DNA of 64,000 nucleotides from an uncultured Alphaproteobacteria bacterium (GTDB lineage Bacteria; Pseudomonadota; Alphaproteobacteria; RF32; CAG-239): NCBI GenBank assembly GCA_949282205.1, contig CASDOS010000057.1, positions 4,037 to 68,036 of the forward strand, read 5' to 3'. Shown piece by piece: positions 55,678 to 64,000 of this stretch (position 1 is its first letter; each line of letters starts with the position of its first letter). The notes under the pieces were generated by a model. It saw only the letters and a program-made list of their open reading frames with translations, ran no database searches and was not told where the DNA came from. The position numbers and the translations under genes were made by a program.

Positions 55678-56656
55678 CTATTCCGGTCTTAAAAGTTTCC
55701 TCCGGTTTGTAACTTAATTCAGAGGTGATTTTCGTCGGGTCTATCGCATATCGTAAATCGTGACCGGCTCTGTCTTTGACAAAAGTTATTAAATCAGCGT
55801 ACTTTTTGCCGTCTTGACGCGGACGTAAATCATCTAAAAGCGCACATATCGCATGGGTGATTTCCATGTTTGTCAGTTCGTTGTGTCCGCCTACATTATA
55901 GGTTTCGCCGCTCTTCCCTTTGTGGAAAATTAAATCTATTGCTTTGGCGTGGTCGGTGACATATAGCCAATCGCGGATGTTTTGACCGTTGCCGTATATC
56001 GGAATCGGCGATAAATTTAAACAATTGCGGATAATTGTCGGTATTAACTTTTCACTATGCTGTTTCGGGCCGTAATTGTTGGAACAATTTGAGCTTGTTA
56101 CATTCATCCCGTATGTGTGATGGTAGGCTCTGACTAAAAAGTCTGAACCGGCTTTGCTCGCTGAATAGGGACTGTTTGGAGCATATGGCGTGGTTTCCTT
56201 AAAATAGCCTTCCGCTCCTAAAGTTCCATATACTTCGTCTGTCGAAATATGATGAAAACGACGATTTTCACAGCCTGATTTGGGGGTAAAAGGTGCTTCT
56301 AACCAATGTGTTCTTGATGCTTCCAATAAATTAAACGTGCCGACTAAGTTGGTGTTGATAAAAGCGCGCGGACCTTTGATGGAATTATCAACGTGACTTT
56401 CCGCGGCAAAGTGTATCACGCCCGTAAAGTCATATTTCTCAAACAACTCATTAACCAGATTTTCGTCGCATATATCACCTTGCACAAAGGTATAATTCGG
56501 GTTGTTCTCTACTTCTTTTAAGTTTTCCAAATTACCGGCGTAGGTCAGTTTATCTAAATTGATAATCTTGTACTCCGGGTGTCTTTCCATAAAATACGGA
56601 ATGAAATTTGAGCCGATAAAACCGGCTCCTCCCGTTACTAAAATTGTTGCAGACAT
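55643..56656 (-). CDS. rfbB: dTDP-glucose 4,6-dehydratase
   Basis: The ORF is open to 56677. The start MSATILVTGGAGFIGSNF is at 56656. YSASKAGSD catalytic motif. Confidence 0.9.
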   Translation of the reverse strand: MSATILVTGGAGFIGSNFIPYFMERHPEYKIINLDKLTYAGNLENLKEVENNPNYTFVQGDICDENLVNELFEKYDFTGVIHFAAESHVDNSIKGPRAFINTNLVGTFNLLEASRTHWLEAPFTPKSGCENRRFHHISTDEVYGTLGAEGYFKETTPYAPNSPYSASKAGSDFLVRAYHHTYGMNVTSSNCSNNYGPKQHSEKLIPTIIRNCLNLSPIPIYGNGQNIRDWLYVTDHAKAIDLIFHKGKSGETYNVGGHNELTNMEITHAICALLDDLRPRQDGKKYADLITFVKDRAGHDLRYAIDPTKITSELSYKPEETFKTGIVKTVQWYLDKA

Positions 56657-57462
56657 CTTTTTAATCCTTCTTTCCAATGGGGAATTTCTATATTGAAACG
56701 CTTTTTGATTTTGCCTTTGTTTAATACCGAGTAATGCGGGCGGTGCGCCAGCGTTGGGTAATCTTTGCTCTCTATTGGCTGAACTTCACAACTTAATTTG
56801 GATTGCTCCATGATTTCTTTCGCAAAATCATACCACGAACATACCCCTTCATTTGTGAAATGATATATTTCTTTTTCGCTGTCTTTGATTTGGGGCAGGG
56901 CTGCAACAATCGCTCCGGCTAAATCATACGCATTGGTCGGAGAGCCGATTTGGTCAAATACAACATTTAAACTCTCTCTCTCCGCACCTAATTTACGCAT
57001 CGTTTTTACAAAATTGCTACCGTGCGGTGAGTATAACCATGCCGTGCGAATAATTATGGCCGTATCGGCGTTTTCCAAAACATTTAATTCTCCCTCTTGT
57101 TTGGTTTTGCCGTAAACCGATAGGGGATGCGTTTTATCGTCTTCGTTGTAGGGTTTACAGTTGTTGCCGTCGAATACATAATCGGTTGATATGTGTACTA
57201 ATCTTTTGCCGTATTTGGCGAGATACAGCGGCGCAAGAGTATTAACCTTGCGGGCATTCTCTTCATCGCTTTCCGCTCTGTCTACCGCCGTATAAGCGGC
57301 GCAATTGATGATGTATTCGTAATTCTTGTCTTGTAAATATGTTTTAACGGCGGTTTCATCCGTTAAATCCAAATCTTCTCTGTCTATATATTCGGCTTTG
57401 TTTTGCAATATGGTTTGCAATGCCGTGCCTAATTGCCCGTTGACTCCGGTTACTAAAAACAT
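56638..57462 (-). CDS. rfbD: dTDP-4-dehydrorhamnose reductase
   Basis: 274-aa [15 protein letters not shown] Rossmann motif and YGKTK catalytic motif. Position within the rfb operon. Confidence 0.85.
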   Translation of the reverse strand: MFLVTGVNGQLGTALQTILQNKAEYIDREDLDLTDETAVKTYLQDKNYEYIINCAAYTAVDRAESDEENARKVNTLAPLYLAKYGKRLVHISTDYVFDGNNCKPYNEDDKTHPLSVYGKTKQEGELNVLENADTAIIIRTAWLYSPHGSNFVKTMRKLGAERESLNVVFDQIGSPTNAYDLAGAIVAALPQIKDSEKEIYHFTNEGVCSWYDFAKEIMEQSKLSCEVQPIESKDYPTLAHRPHYSVLNKGKIKKRFNIEIPHWKEGLKRCLQQF

Positions 57463-58013
57463 GACTCTAAATCCTTTAATAGCGGGTGATGCAAATCTCT
57501 TTCCAAAACGTTGGCTTTATTCATGTCGATTTGCCAATCTATACCTAATGCCGGATCGTTTACACATAATCCGCCTTCTGACTCTTTGCAATAAAAATTA
57601 TCGCATTTATAAGCAAAAACCGCTGTTTCCGATAACACCGAAAAACCATGCGCAAATCCTCTTGGAATTAGTAATTGCTGTTGGTTTTCTCCTGATAATC
57701 TTACGGCCACATGTTGACCGTATGTCGGTGAAGCGCGGCGGATGTCGACCGCAACGTCCAGTACTTCTCCTGATATGACGCGGACGAGTTTGGCTTGCGC
57801 GTGTTCGCCTTTTTGAAAGTGAAGTCCTCTTATGGTCCCATAACTCGAAAATGACTGATTGTCTTGCACAAAGTTGTAAAACAAGCCGTTTTGTTCAAAT
57901 TCTTTTTGGTTGTAACTTTCAAAAAAGTAGCCTCGTGTATCCGTAAATACGCGAGGGGTGAGGATATATACACCCTCCAGTTTGGTTTTAGTAAAGATCA
58001 TGTTTTTCCTCAT
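57453..58013 (-). CDS. rfbC: dTDP-4-dehydrorhamnose 3,5-epimerase
   Basis: 186-aa ORF with D.RG.F, RGLHFQ and AHGF motifs of RmlC. Confidence 0.9.
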   Translation of the reverse strand: MRKNMIFTKTKLEGVYILTPRVFTDTRGYFFESYNQKEFEQNGLFYNFVQDNQSFSSYGTIRGLHFQKGEHAQAKLVRVISGEVLDVAVDIRRASPTYGQHVAVRLSGENQQQLLIPRGFAHGFSVLSETAVFAYKCDNFYCKESEGGLCVNDPALGIDWQIDMNKANVLERDLHHPLLKDLESCF

Positions 58014-58875
58014 AAACTTTTTGTAAATATGCTTTGTACGCCACGCCGTCTTTTAGGCGGTTAATCAATTTTTGCATTTCTTCTCCGTCTATGAAACCTT
58101 GACGATATGCAATTTCTTCTATACAGGCTAATTTTAATCCTTGACGTTGTTCAATGATTTGAACAAATTGCGCTGATTCCATCAGGCTGTCCGGCGTGCC
58201 GGCATCTAACCACGCATTGCCGCGCTTGAGCGGAATTACCGTTAAACGACCTTCTTGTAGGTATAATTTATTTAAATCCGTAATTTCCAATTCTCCGCGT
58301 TGGGACGGTTTTAATTTTGCGGCTTTTTCGGCGACGTCTTTCGGGTAAAAATATAATCCCGTTACGGCATAATTTGATTTGGGTTTTCTGGGTTTTTCCT
58401 CTATGGATACTACTCGCTTAAATTCATCAAATTCTATTACACCGAAACGCTCCGGATCGGATACATGATACCCAAATACTGTGGCACTATTGTCTTCTTC
58501 TTGGATTAAGGTGCGATAGGCGTTCATTTGGGATTGAATGTAAAAAATGTTATCGCCCAATATTAGGCATACTTTGTCGTCTTTGATGAAATCTTTGCCT
58601 AAGATAAAGGCTTCGGCTATTCCGTTCGGCGCTTCTTGAACCTTATATTCAAGATGAAGCCCTAAATCGCTGCCATCGCCAAATAGCTCTTCTATGTTGG
58701 GGGTGTCTTTCGGGGTGGAGATAATCAGTATATCTTTTATTCCGAATAGCATTAATACCGAGAGCGGGTAATATATCATCGGTTTATCATATACCGGTAA
58801 CAACTGCTTGGAAACGCATTGGGTCAGTGGGTATAATCTGGTGCCGGAGCCTCCGGCTAATATAATTCCTTTCAT
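57988..58875 (-). CDS. rfbA: glucose-1-phosphate thymidylyltransferase
   Basis: 295-aa [21 protein letters not shown] and the remaining RmlA pattern. Confidence 0.9.
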   Translation of the reverse strand: MKGIILAGGSGTRLYPLTQCVSKQLLPVYDKPMIYYPLSVLMLFGIKDILIISTPKDTPNIEELFGDGSDLGLHLEYKVQEAPNGIAEAFILGKDFIKDDKVCLILGDNIFYIQSQMNAYRTLIQEEDNSATVFGYHVSDPERFGVIEFDEFKRVVSIEEKPRKPKSNYAVTGLYFYPKDVAEKAAKLKPSQRGELEITDLNKLYLQEGRLTVIPLKRGNAWLDAGTPDSLMESAQFVQIIEQRQGLKLACIEEIAYRQGFIDGEEMQKLINRLKDGVAYKAYLQKVYEEKHDLY

Positions 58876-58889
58876 CAGCTTTTCCTTTG

Positions 58890-60977
58890 TTAATTAGATG
58901 TTAATGCTTGTAGTAGCTTGTTTATGTTATTGAAATCGGCTATATCCGGATAGCGATTTTCCAGGTCGAACGCATAGATGTAGGCTTTCTTATTGATGAA
59001 ATCTTTGCTGTTTTTTTCCAATTCAGGATTCTTTTGTAAATAACTCTTGTAGTCTTCTGTTTCTTTTATCTTGTTTCTTAATAAGCCACTGCGGCGCGAG
59101 AACATTTTGTAATAGTAAATTATCAGATATACCGTCAGCATTTGTATTATTGCATAGAACCCAGAACTGTATATGCTTAAAATACTTGCCGTCCAGAATA
59201 ACCCAAGAACTAAAAATGTTTTTAATACATAGTTCCATATTTTTTTCTTCGGGGTTATATTGATAAATATTGCCATATAAGGGAATAACAATAGGGTGAA
59301 TGTGCTTAAAATTCCGAAACTGTTCCATGGATTGACCGACAGGAGCGCTCCACCGATAATACCGCACAGCAACATCCCGATACTGAATAATAAATACAGC
59401 GCGTTTAACTTTAATTTAAATAGGTGTAGTTGTTTGTAGGTGCTGTATTTCAAATATGTATAGGCTCGTTTTAACTTTAGACTTGATTCCGGCTTGTTAT
59501 TTAAAACGGTTTCTTGTCCGGGGTATAATAAACTCATCAGTTTTTGTTCCGGCTTGGATAATTTTTTCAAATTGTCACTCTTCTTGATTAAAAGTGTTTT
59601 GTCACCGTCTTCGCGCAGTTCCAGAATGTTTTTAGCGCATAAATTTAAAATTTCCGCTCCTAGCGAGGTTTTATCATAGATATTTAAATTTAACATGCGG
59701 TAATTCGCAGGCGTCTTTTTCAGATATGCGCGCGTTTTGTCTTTATTTCGACGAATTTGTTCAAAGGATATGCGATAGGACAGCAAAATGGCGAGTAAGG
59801 CAAATAGTGCGAATAAATTTGCACCGTAATCGTGAATAAACCATTGATATTTTTTTGAGAAATCAGGTGGTAATAATGTCCCTTTTTCCATTGTTAAAAA
59901 TAGATGAACGTCTTCGCCAACTCCTAAGGCTTGCGTATCGGCAAATCCTAAGGCATTGGTCGTTAGAGTTGTAATGGTGACGCGCTCTCTGTCCAACCCT
60001 TCTTTGGTACTCGCTATGGCGTTTTGTGCAATAAACGTTTTGTTGTCGGGTAAATATACTACCGCGTTGGCTGAGCCTACTACATTTTTTAATGTTTTAG
60101 CCGTGATGTCCCAGTATAGTTCATCAAAATTGTCATAATACCATACCGCTCTGTCTATGATGTAATTGAAACGATAGGTATAAATACCAGTCGGCAGATT
60201 TAAGTTTTCTTCGGGTTCAATATGCAGATAGTTACCGATTTCCGTCATCTTGTATGGATATTCTTCTCCGTTTATGGTTACTGATTCCAGTGTAATGTCG
60301 GTGCGACGTTTTTCGCCGTTGCGGGAGTAATTATATTTAGGTAAAATGCGATAAAAACCGTATGGGAAACTTTCATTATTGGATATAAACGTGAATTCTT
60401 CCGTTACTTGTAGTAGACCCGTCGGTTCTATTCTGATGGTTGTTAATATGTATGGGAAGTGTTCGTCCGCTGGAGCTAAAATTTCTCGCTTATCGGATAG
60501 TTTTACTGTTACATACGGGAAATCCGGAACAAAAGGTTTTGCTTCTTGTTGTTGTTCTTTTAAACGATAAAATGTTCCTTGCAGTTCAACGTCTTGATTG
60601 ATGGTTTCATCTGCGCTGCCGGCTTGACGCATGCTTTCTTGATAAATCTTTTCGTATGCTGATAACGTGTCGGCTTCTTTGGCTTTTTGTTGCGCATTTG
60701 CATCAATTATGCTTGTGGCTGATGGTGTGGATAAATCTTTACTTTCTATTTGGGCTTGTGTGACAATCTTTAGACGCTCTTGTAGGTATTTTTTGACCGC
60801 ACTCGGATTGCTTAAATCCGGAAATTCATTGTATAACTTTTTCATCTCGTTTAGTCGAGTGTTCGGATCTAACGGGCGTATGTCGGGATTTTCGGCAATA
60901 CTGGTTACTCCTGCTTGCGTGATTGTCGGGAAAGCGAGGGGGAATATTATCAGAAAATACTTAAAAAAATTCTTCAT
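58890..60977 (-). CDS. DUF2207-like membrane protein
   Basis: 695-aa ORF with a signal peptide, a large extracytoplasmic N-terminal domain and a C-terminal cluster of TM segments. The architecture matches DUF2207 as I recall it. Confidence 0.45.
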   Translation of the reverse strand: MKNFFKYFLIIFPLAFPTITQAGVTSIAENPDIRPLDPNTRLNEMKKLYNEFPDLSNPSAVKKYLQERLKIVTQAQIESKDLSTPSATSIIDANAQQKAKEADTLSAYEKIYQESMRQAGSADETINQDVELQGTFYRLKEQQQEAKPFVPDFPYVTVKLSDKREILAPADEHFPYILTTIRIEPTGLLQVTEEFTFISNNESFPYGFYRILPKYNYSRNGEKRRTDITLESVTINGEEYPYKMTEIGNYLHIEPEENLNLPTGIYTYRFNYIIDRAVWYYDNFDELYWDITAKTLKNVVGSANAVVYLPDNKTFIAQNAIASTKEGLDRERVTITTLTTNALGFADTQALGVGEDVHLFLTMEKGTLLPPDFSKKYQWFIHDYGANLFALFALLAILLSYRISFEQIRRNKDKTRAYLKKTPANYRMLNLNIYDKTSLGAEILNLCAKNILELREDGDKTLLIKKSDNLKKLSKPEQKLMSLLYPGQETVLNNKPESSLKLKRAYTYLKYSTYKQLHLFKLKLNALYLLFSIGMLLCGIIGGALLSVNPWNSFGILSTFTLLLFPYMAIFINITPKKKIWNYVLKTFLVLGLFWTASILSIYSSGFYAIIQMLTVYLIIYYYKMFSRRSGLLRNKIKETEDYKSYLQKNPELEKNSKDFINKKAYIYAFDLENRYPDIADFNNINKLLQALTSN

Positions 60978-61119
60978 ATCTTTTCTTTCGGGTTGCGGTC
61001 ACTCTTCTTTTGTGCTATCAGCATAGATATCTTTTACTATAATGGCAAGTGGTTAATTTTTTTAAAAGGGGATAACTCTGTTATTCTTTTTTCTAAGGTT
61101 TATATGGGGAGTTTTTATT

Positions 61120-61875
61120 ATGATGAGTGAAAATGTCTTAAATGCCGGCGGAAGTGTCGCGGCGATTATTTTAGGGGCGGGAAAGGGAACTCGCATGAAA
61201 TCCGATTTGCCCAAAGTTATGATGCCTGTGTGCGGGAAACCGATGGTGAAACATATTATTGATACTCTTTCAAATATGGGAATTCAGAAAATTGTTACCG
61301 TGATTTCTTCTGACGGCGAATTGGTTAAAAATGAGGTGGCTCCTTATCCGACGGTTGTACAAGAACAACAACTGGGGACGGGACACGCTGTTAATTGCGC
61401 TCAATCGCTGTTGCGTGATTTTGAGGGGCCTGTGTTGGTCGTCTTTGGTGATACACCGCTGATTACAGCTCAAACTTTTCAGAAAACTGTTGATAAAATT
61501 AAGGAAGGATTTGCTGTGGTGGTTTTGGGGTTTAAACCTCATGATCCTGCTCGCTACGGACGATTGGTTATGAAGGGGGATGAACTTGCTGAAATCGTTG
61601 AGTTTAAAGACGCAACTGATGAACAAAAAGACATAGATTTTTGTAATTCCGGCTGTATGGGGTTTGATGGGCGATATTTATTTGATATTTTAAGTCGAAT
61701 CGGTAATGAAAATGCTGCTCACGAATATTATCTTACTGATGCGGTTAAAATTGCCAGACAAATGGGGCTTAAATGTACGGCTATTGTCGGTAATTCCAAA
61801 GAAATTGCCAGCGCTAATACGCGTGAGGAATTGGCTCTGTTGGATGAATTTTATAAGGATAGAAAAAATTGGTAG
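61120..61875 (+). CDS. GlmU N-terminal-domain-like nucleotidyltransferase (no acetyltransferase domain)
   Basis: 251-aa ORF. The LGAGKGTRMKSDLPKVM and QQLGTGHAV motifs match the GlmU pyrophosphorylase domain. The ORF ends where the left-handed beta-helix domain would begin. Confidence 0.65.
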   Translation: MMSENVLNAGGSVAAIILGAGKGTRMKSDLPKVMMPVCGKPMVKHIIDTLSNMGIQKIVTVISSDGELVKNEVAPYPTVVQEQQLGTGHAVNCAQSLLRDFEGPVLVVFGDTPLITAQTFQKTVDKIKEGFAVVVLGFKPHDPARYGRLVMKGDELAEIVEFKDATDEQKDIDFCNSGCMGFDGRYLFDILSRIGNENAAHEYYLTDAVKIARQMGLKCTAIVGNSKEIASANTREELALLDEFYKDRKNW

Positions 61876-62309
61876 ATAAAATTAAAGATTATTGGTTCGG
61901 AATACTCTTGTTTTCCTTTTCGGTCTTGTTTTTAATTTTTGTGGCTATTGTTGCCGCGGCACCTCATGATGATTTGAAAATGCGTGGATTTGTTCCTTGT
62001 ACCTATCAAATGGCTTATGAGGTTAATCTCTATTCTTCGCAAAGCAATATCGCCGGAGTGTTGGGGGCTATTACGGAAAGCTATATTTGTTACGCTTCGG
62101 TTATGGGCGAGGGCGTTAAACTGTGGTGGGACGGAAAGCAAAAAACGCCTTGGGCTAATTATTTCTTTCAGCCGGATACGTTTAAAATTCCCGAAGAACT
62201 CAGCGAGCCTTTTTCGGAAGACCTACTTAAAGCTAATCGTTTAAATGATGAGGAAAAACATGAAATTTTTGAAAGTTATCAGGAAAATCGAAATAAGGAG
62301 ACAGATTAA
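61869..62309 (+). CDS. small membrane-anchored protein, function unknown
   Basis: 146-aa ORF with a TTG start that overlaps the upstream stop. One N-terminal TM segment. Its stop overlaps the pepF ATG (TAATG). Confidence 0.45.
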   Translation: MVDKIKDYWFGILLFSFSVLFLIFVAIVAAAPHDDLKMRGFVPCTYQMAYEVNLYSSQSNIAGVLGAITESYICYASVMGEGVKLWWDGKQKTPWANYFFQPDTFKIPEELSEPFSEDLLKANRLNDEEKHEIFESYQENRNKETD

Positions 62310-64000
62310 TGAGTGATGAAAAAATGCCTGAGTGGGATTTGTCTGAGTATTATAAAGGAACAGACGATAAACAAATTGATGAGGATATTAAAAAATATGC
62401 TCAGTCTGCGGCTGCTTTTGCGGAAAAGTACAGGGGAAAAGTTGCAACATTGGATGCGGATACTTTTGTGGCAGCTTTGAAGGAAATGGAAAATATCAGC
62501 AAATTAGCTTCCAAATTGGGCGGATTTGCTTATCTCAATTCGACAACCAGACTTATGGATGCTAAGGCTTCGGCTTTGTATCAGAAAGTTTCTGAAACTC
62601 TTAGCGAGGCCGGAACTGATTTGCTCTTTTTCAGTTTGGAATATAATAAAATGGATGAAAAAGCTATTCGTAAATTGGAAGGTGATAAAAAGGTTCAGGC
62701 GTATGCACCGTATTTGAAAAGAGTGCGTAAATTTAAACCCTTTGAGCTTTCCGAAGATGTGGAAAAAACTTTGCTTGAAAAAGATGTAACTTCCGGTTCG
62801 GCGTGGGTTAGACTTTATGAGGAATCTATGGCGCGTTTGTCTTATGAAGTCGACGGTAAAAAATATAACGATGCACAAATCAGCCGCTTGTGCTTGAGTC
62901 CTGATGCGGAATTACGCGCTAAAGCCGGAAAAGAAATCAATAAGGTTTCTAAGGAGAACAGCTTTCATGTCTGCTATATCTACAATATGATTATGAAAGA
63001 TAAAGCGGTGGAAGATAAAAAACGCGGCTTTAAGCTCCCGATGTCTGCCAGAAATCTTTCCGAAGAAGTCAGCGATGAAACCGTTAATGCTTTGGCGCAA
63101 ACCGTGCGTGATAATTATAAAAATATTGCTTGGCGCTTTTATAAATTGAAGGCGAAACTTTTGGGTGTTGATAAAATTCAGTATTGGGACAGAAATGCTC
63201 CGTTGCCTATAGAAGATGATAAGTCTTATTCTTGGGATGAGGCGGTGCAGACTGTGCTTAAGGCGTATAATGAATTTTCTCTGAAACTTTATGATATTGC
63301 TAAAGAGTTTTTTGAAAATCCTTGGATTGATGTTGCTCCAAAAGATGGAAAAAGGAGCGGCGCTTTTTGTTCGGGGCCTTTGGTGGAAGAACATCCTTTC
63401 TTGATGCTTAACTTTGTCGGTAAACGTAATGATGTGCTCACATTGGCTCATGAACTCGGGCATGGTTGTCATCACCAACTGAGACGTAAAAATGGTACTC
63501 TTAATGAAACAACGCGTATGACAACCGAAGAGGTGGCTTCCGTATTTGGTGAAATGCTTGTTTTTCAGTCTATGCTCAATAACGCTAAATCTGATGATGA
63601 AAAAATTTCTCTCTTGGCGATGAAAATCAATGATATGATTAACACTGCTATTCGCCAAATCGCTTTCCACTTTTTTGAAACACGCGCTCATGATGAACGT
63701 CAAAACGGAGAACTTTCTTCCGAGCGTTTGAACCAAATTTGGCTTGAAGAAATGAAAGAAAGTTTGGGACCTTCGGTCGTTGTTGATGAAAATTCGGCTT
63801 ATATTTGGGAGCAGGTCGGACATTTCTTTTTCCTGCCGTTTTATGTGTATGCTTATTCTTTTGCCGATTGCGTTGTTAATTCGCTTTATTGGCTTAAACT
63901 TCAGAATAAAGTTGAGAATTTTGAAGATAAATATTTGGAATTGCTCTCTAAAACCGCTATCGGCGACTATAAAGAAATTTTTGCTCCGTTTAATCTTAAT
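62309..64000 (+). CDS. pepF: oligoendopeptidase F family (M3B) metallopeptidase, 3' end outside the window
   Basis: Not in the ORF track because it runs off the window edge. My translation from the ATG at 62309 gives MSDEKMPEWDLSEYYKG... and stays open. The zinc motif LAHELGHGCHH lies at about 63446-63478. Confidence 0.8.
   Translation, partial: MSDEKMPEWDLSEYYKGTDDKQIDEDIKKYAQSAAAFAEKYRGKVATLDADTFVAALKEMENISKLASKLGGFAYLNSTTRLMDAKASALYQKVSETLSEAGTDLLFFSLEYNKMDEKAIRKLEGDKKVQAYAPYLKRVRKFKPFELSEDVEKTLLEKDVTSGSAWVRLYEESMARLSYEVDGKKYNDAQISRLCLSPDAELRAKAGKEINKVSKENSFHVCYIYNMIMKDKAVEDKKRGFKLPMSARNLSEEVSDETVNALAQTVRDNYKNIAWRFYKLKAKLLGVDKIQYWDRNAPLPIEDDKSYSWDEAVQTVLKAYNEFSLKLYDIAKEFFENPWIDVAPKDGKRSGAFCSGPLVEEHPFLMLNFVGKRNDVLTLAHELGHGCHHQLRRKNGTLNETTRMTTEEVASVFGEMLVFQSMLNNAKSDDEKISLLAMKINDMINTAIRQIAFHFFETRAHDERQNGELSSERLNQIWLEEMKESLGPSVVVDENSAYIWEQVGHFFFLPFYVYAYSFADCVVNSLYWLKLQNKVENFEDKYLELLSKTAIGDYKEIFAPFNLN

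Noticed and set aside
62912-63823. 303-aa minus-strand ORF (and the 124-aa ORF at 62504-62878)
   Set aside because: These are shadow ORFs antisense to a plus-strand M3B peptidase gene that I translated myself from 62309 (HELGH zinc motif). Their products are low-complexity and F/I/K/R-rich, typical of antisense frames in AT-rich DNA.
1-64000. tRNA, rRNA, CRISPR, integrase or phage genes
   Set aside because: Scanning the intergenic regions by eye found no tRNA-like T-arm (GGTTCGAATCC-type) sequences, no rRNA segments, no short direct-repeat arrays and no recombinase-like ORFs. A tRNAscan or Infernal run would be needed to exclude small RNAs formally.

Overview
Low-GC chromosomal window, about 38% GC by eye. 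Gene content and order look alphaproteobacterial: GapR/DUF2312, a PTS-Ntr-type EIIA-HPr pair, ihfB-lapA-accD, lptG-lptD-surA-rsmA, and a beta-class DNA methyltransferase. Most of the window is housekeeping backbone: pepP, prmA, rnhB, ftsH, tsaB, grpE, acpP-fabF-mltG, polA, PBP1A, the rfbBDCA dTDP-rhamnose operon, and a pepF fragment at the 3' edge. There is also a fermentative and acid-resistance set: pyk, adhE, ldh, and a pyruvoyl arginine decarboxylase with an APC antiporter. I saw no rRNA, tRNA, CRISPR array, transposase or integrase. Two accessory islets interrupt the backbone. Islet 1 (about 6.5-9.3 kb) holds three ORFan genes, and two of them are paralogous membrane proteins. Islet 2 (about 18.9-26.5 kb) holds a large helical ORFan with a tightly coupled small ORF, two small secreted proteins with His-rich tails, grpE, and a tandem array of five paralogous ORFan genes. 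Most islet ORFan genes sit in a recurring regulatory cassette. It consists of a TTGACA(A)n promoter box, an AT-rich leader with no Shine-Dalgarno that ends in TTATGGAA, and a conserved hairpin terminator. A 75/76-nt almost perfect inverted repeat brackets a 5.9-kb segment of islet 2, and its right copy cuts off the 3' end of one array member. Another array member is split by a single in-frame TAA. Other notable items are a promoter-to-terminator defined sRNA candidate of about 180 nt upstream of ftsH, and an orphan methyltransferase whose start overlaps the HPr stop (ATGA). All family calls rest on motifs I recognise by eye in the supplied translations. No database search was run.
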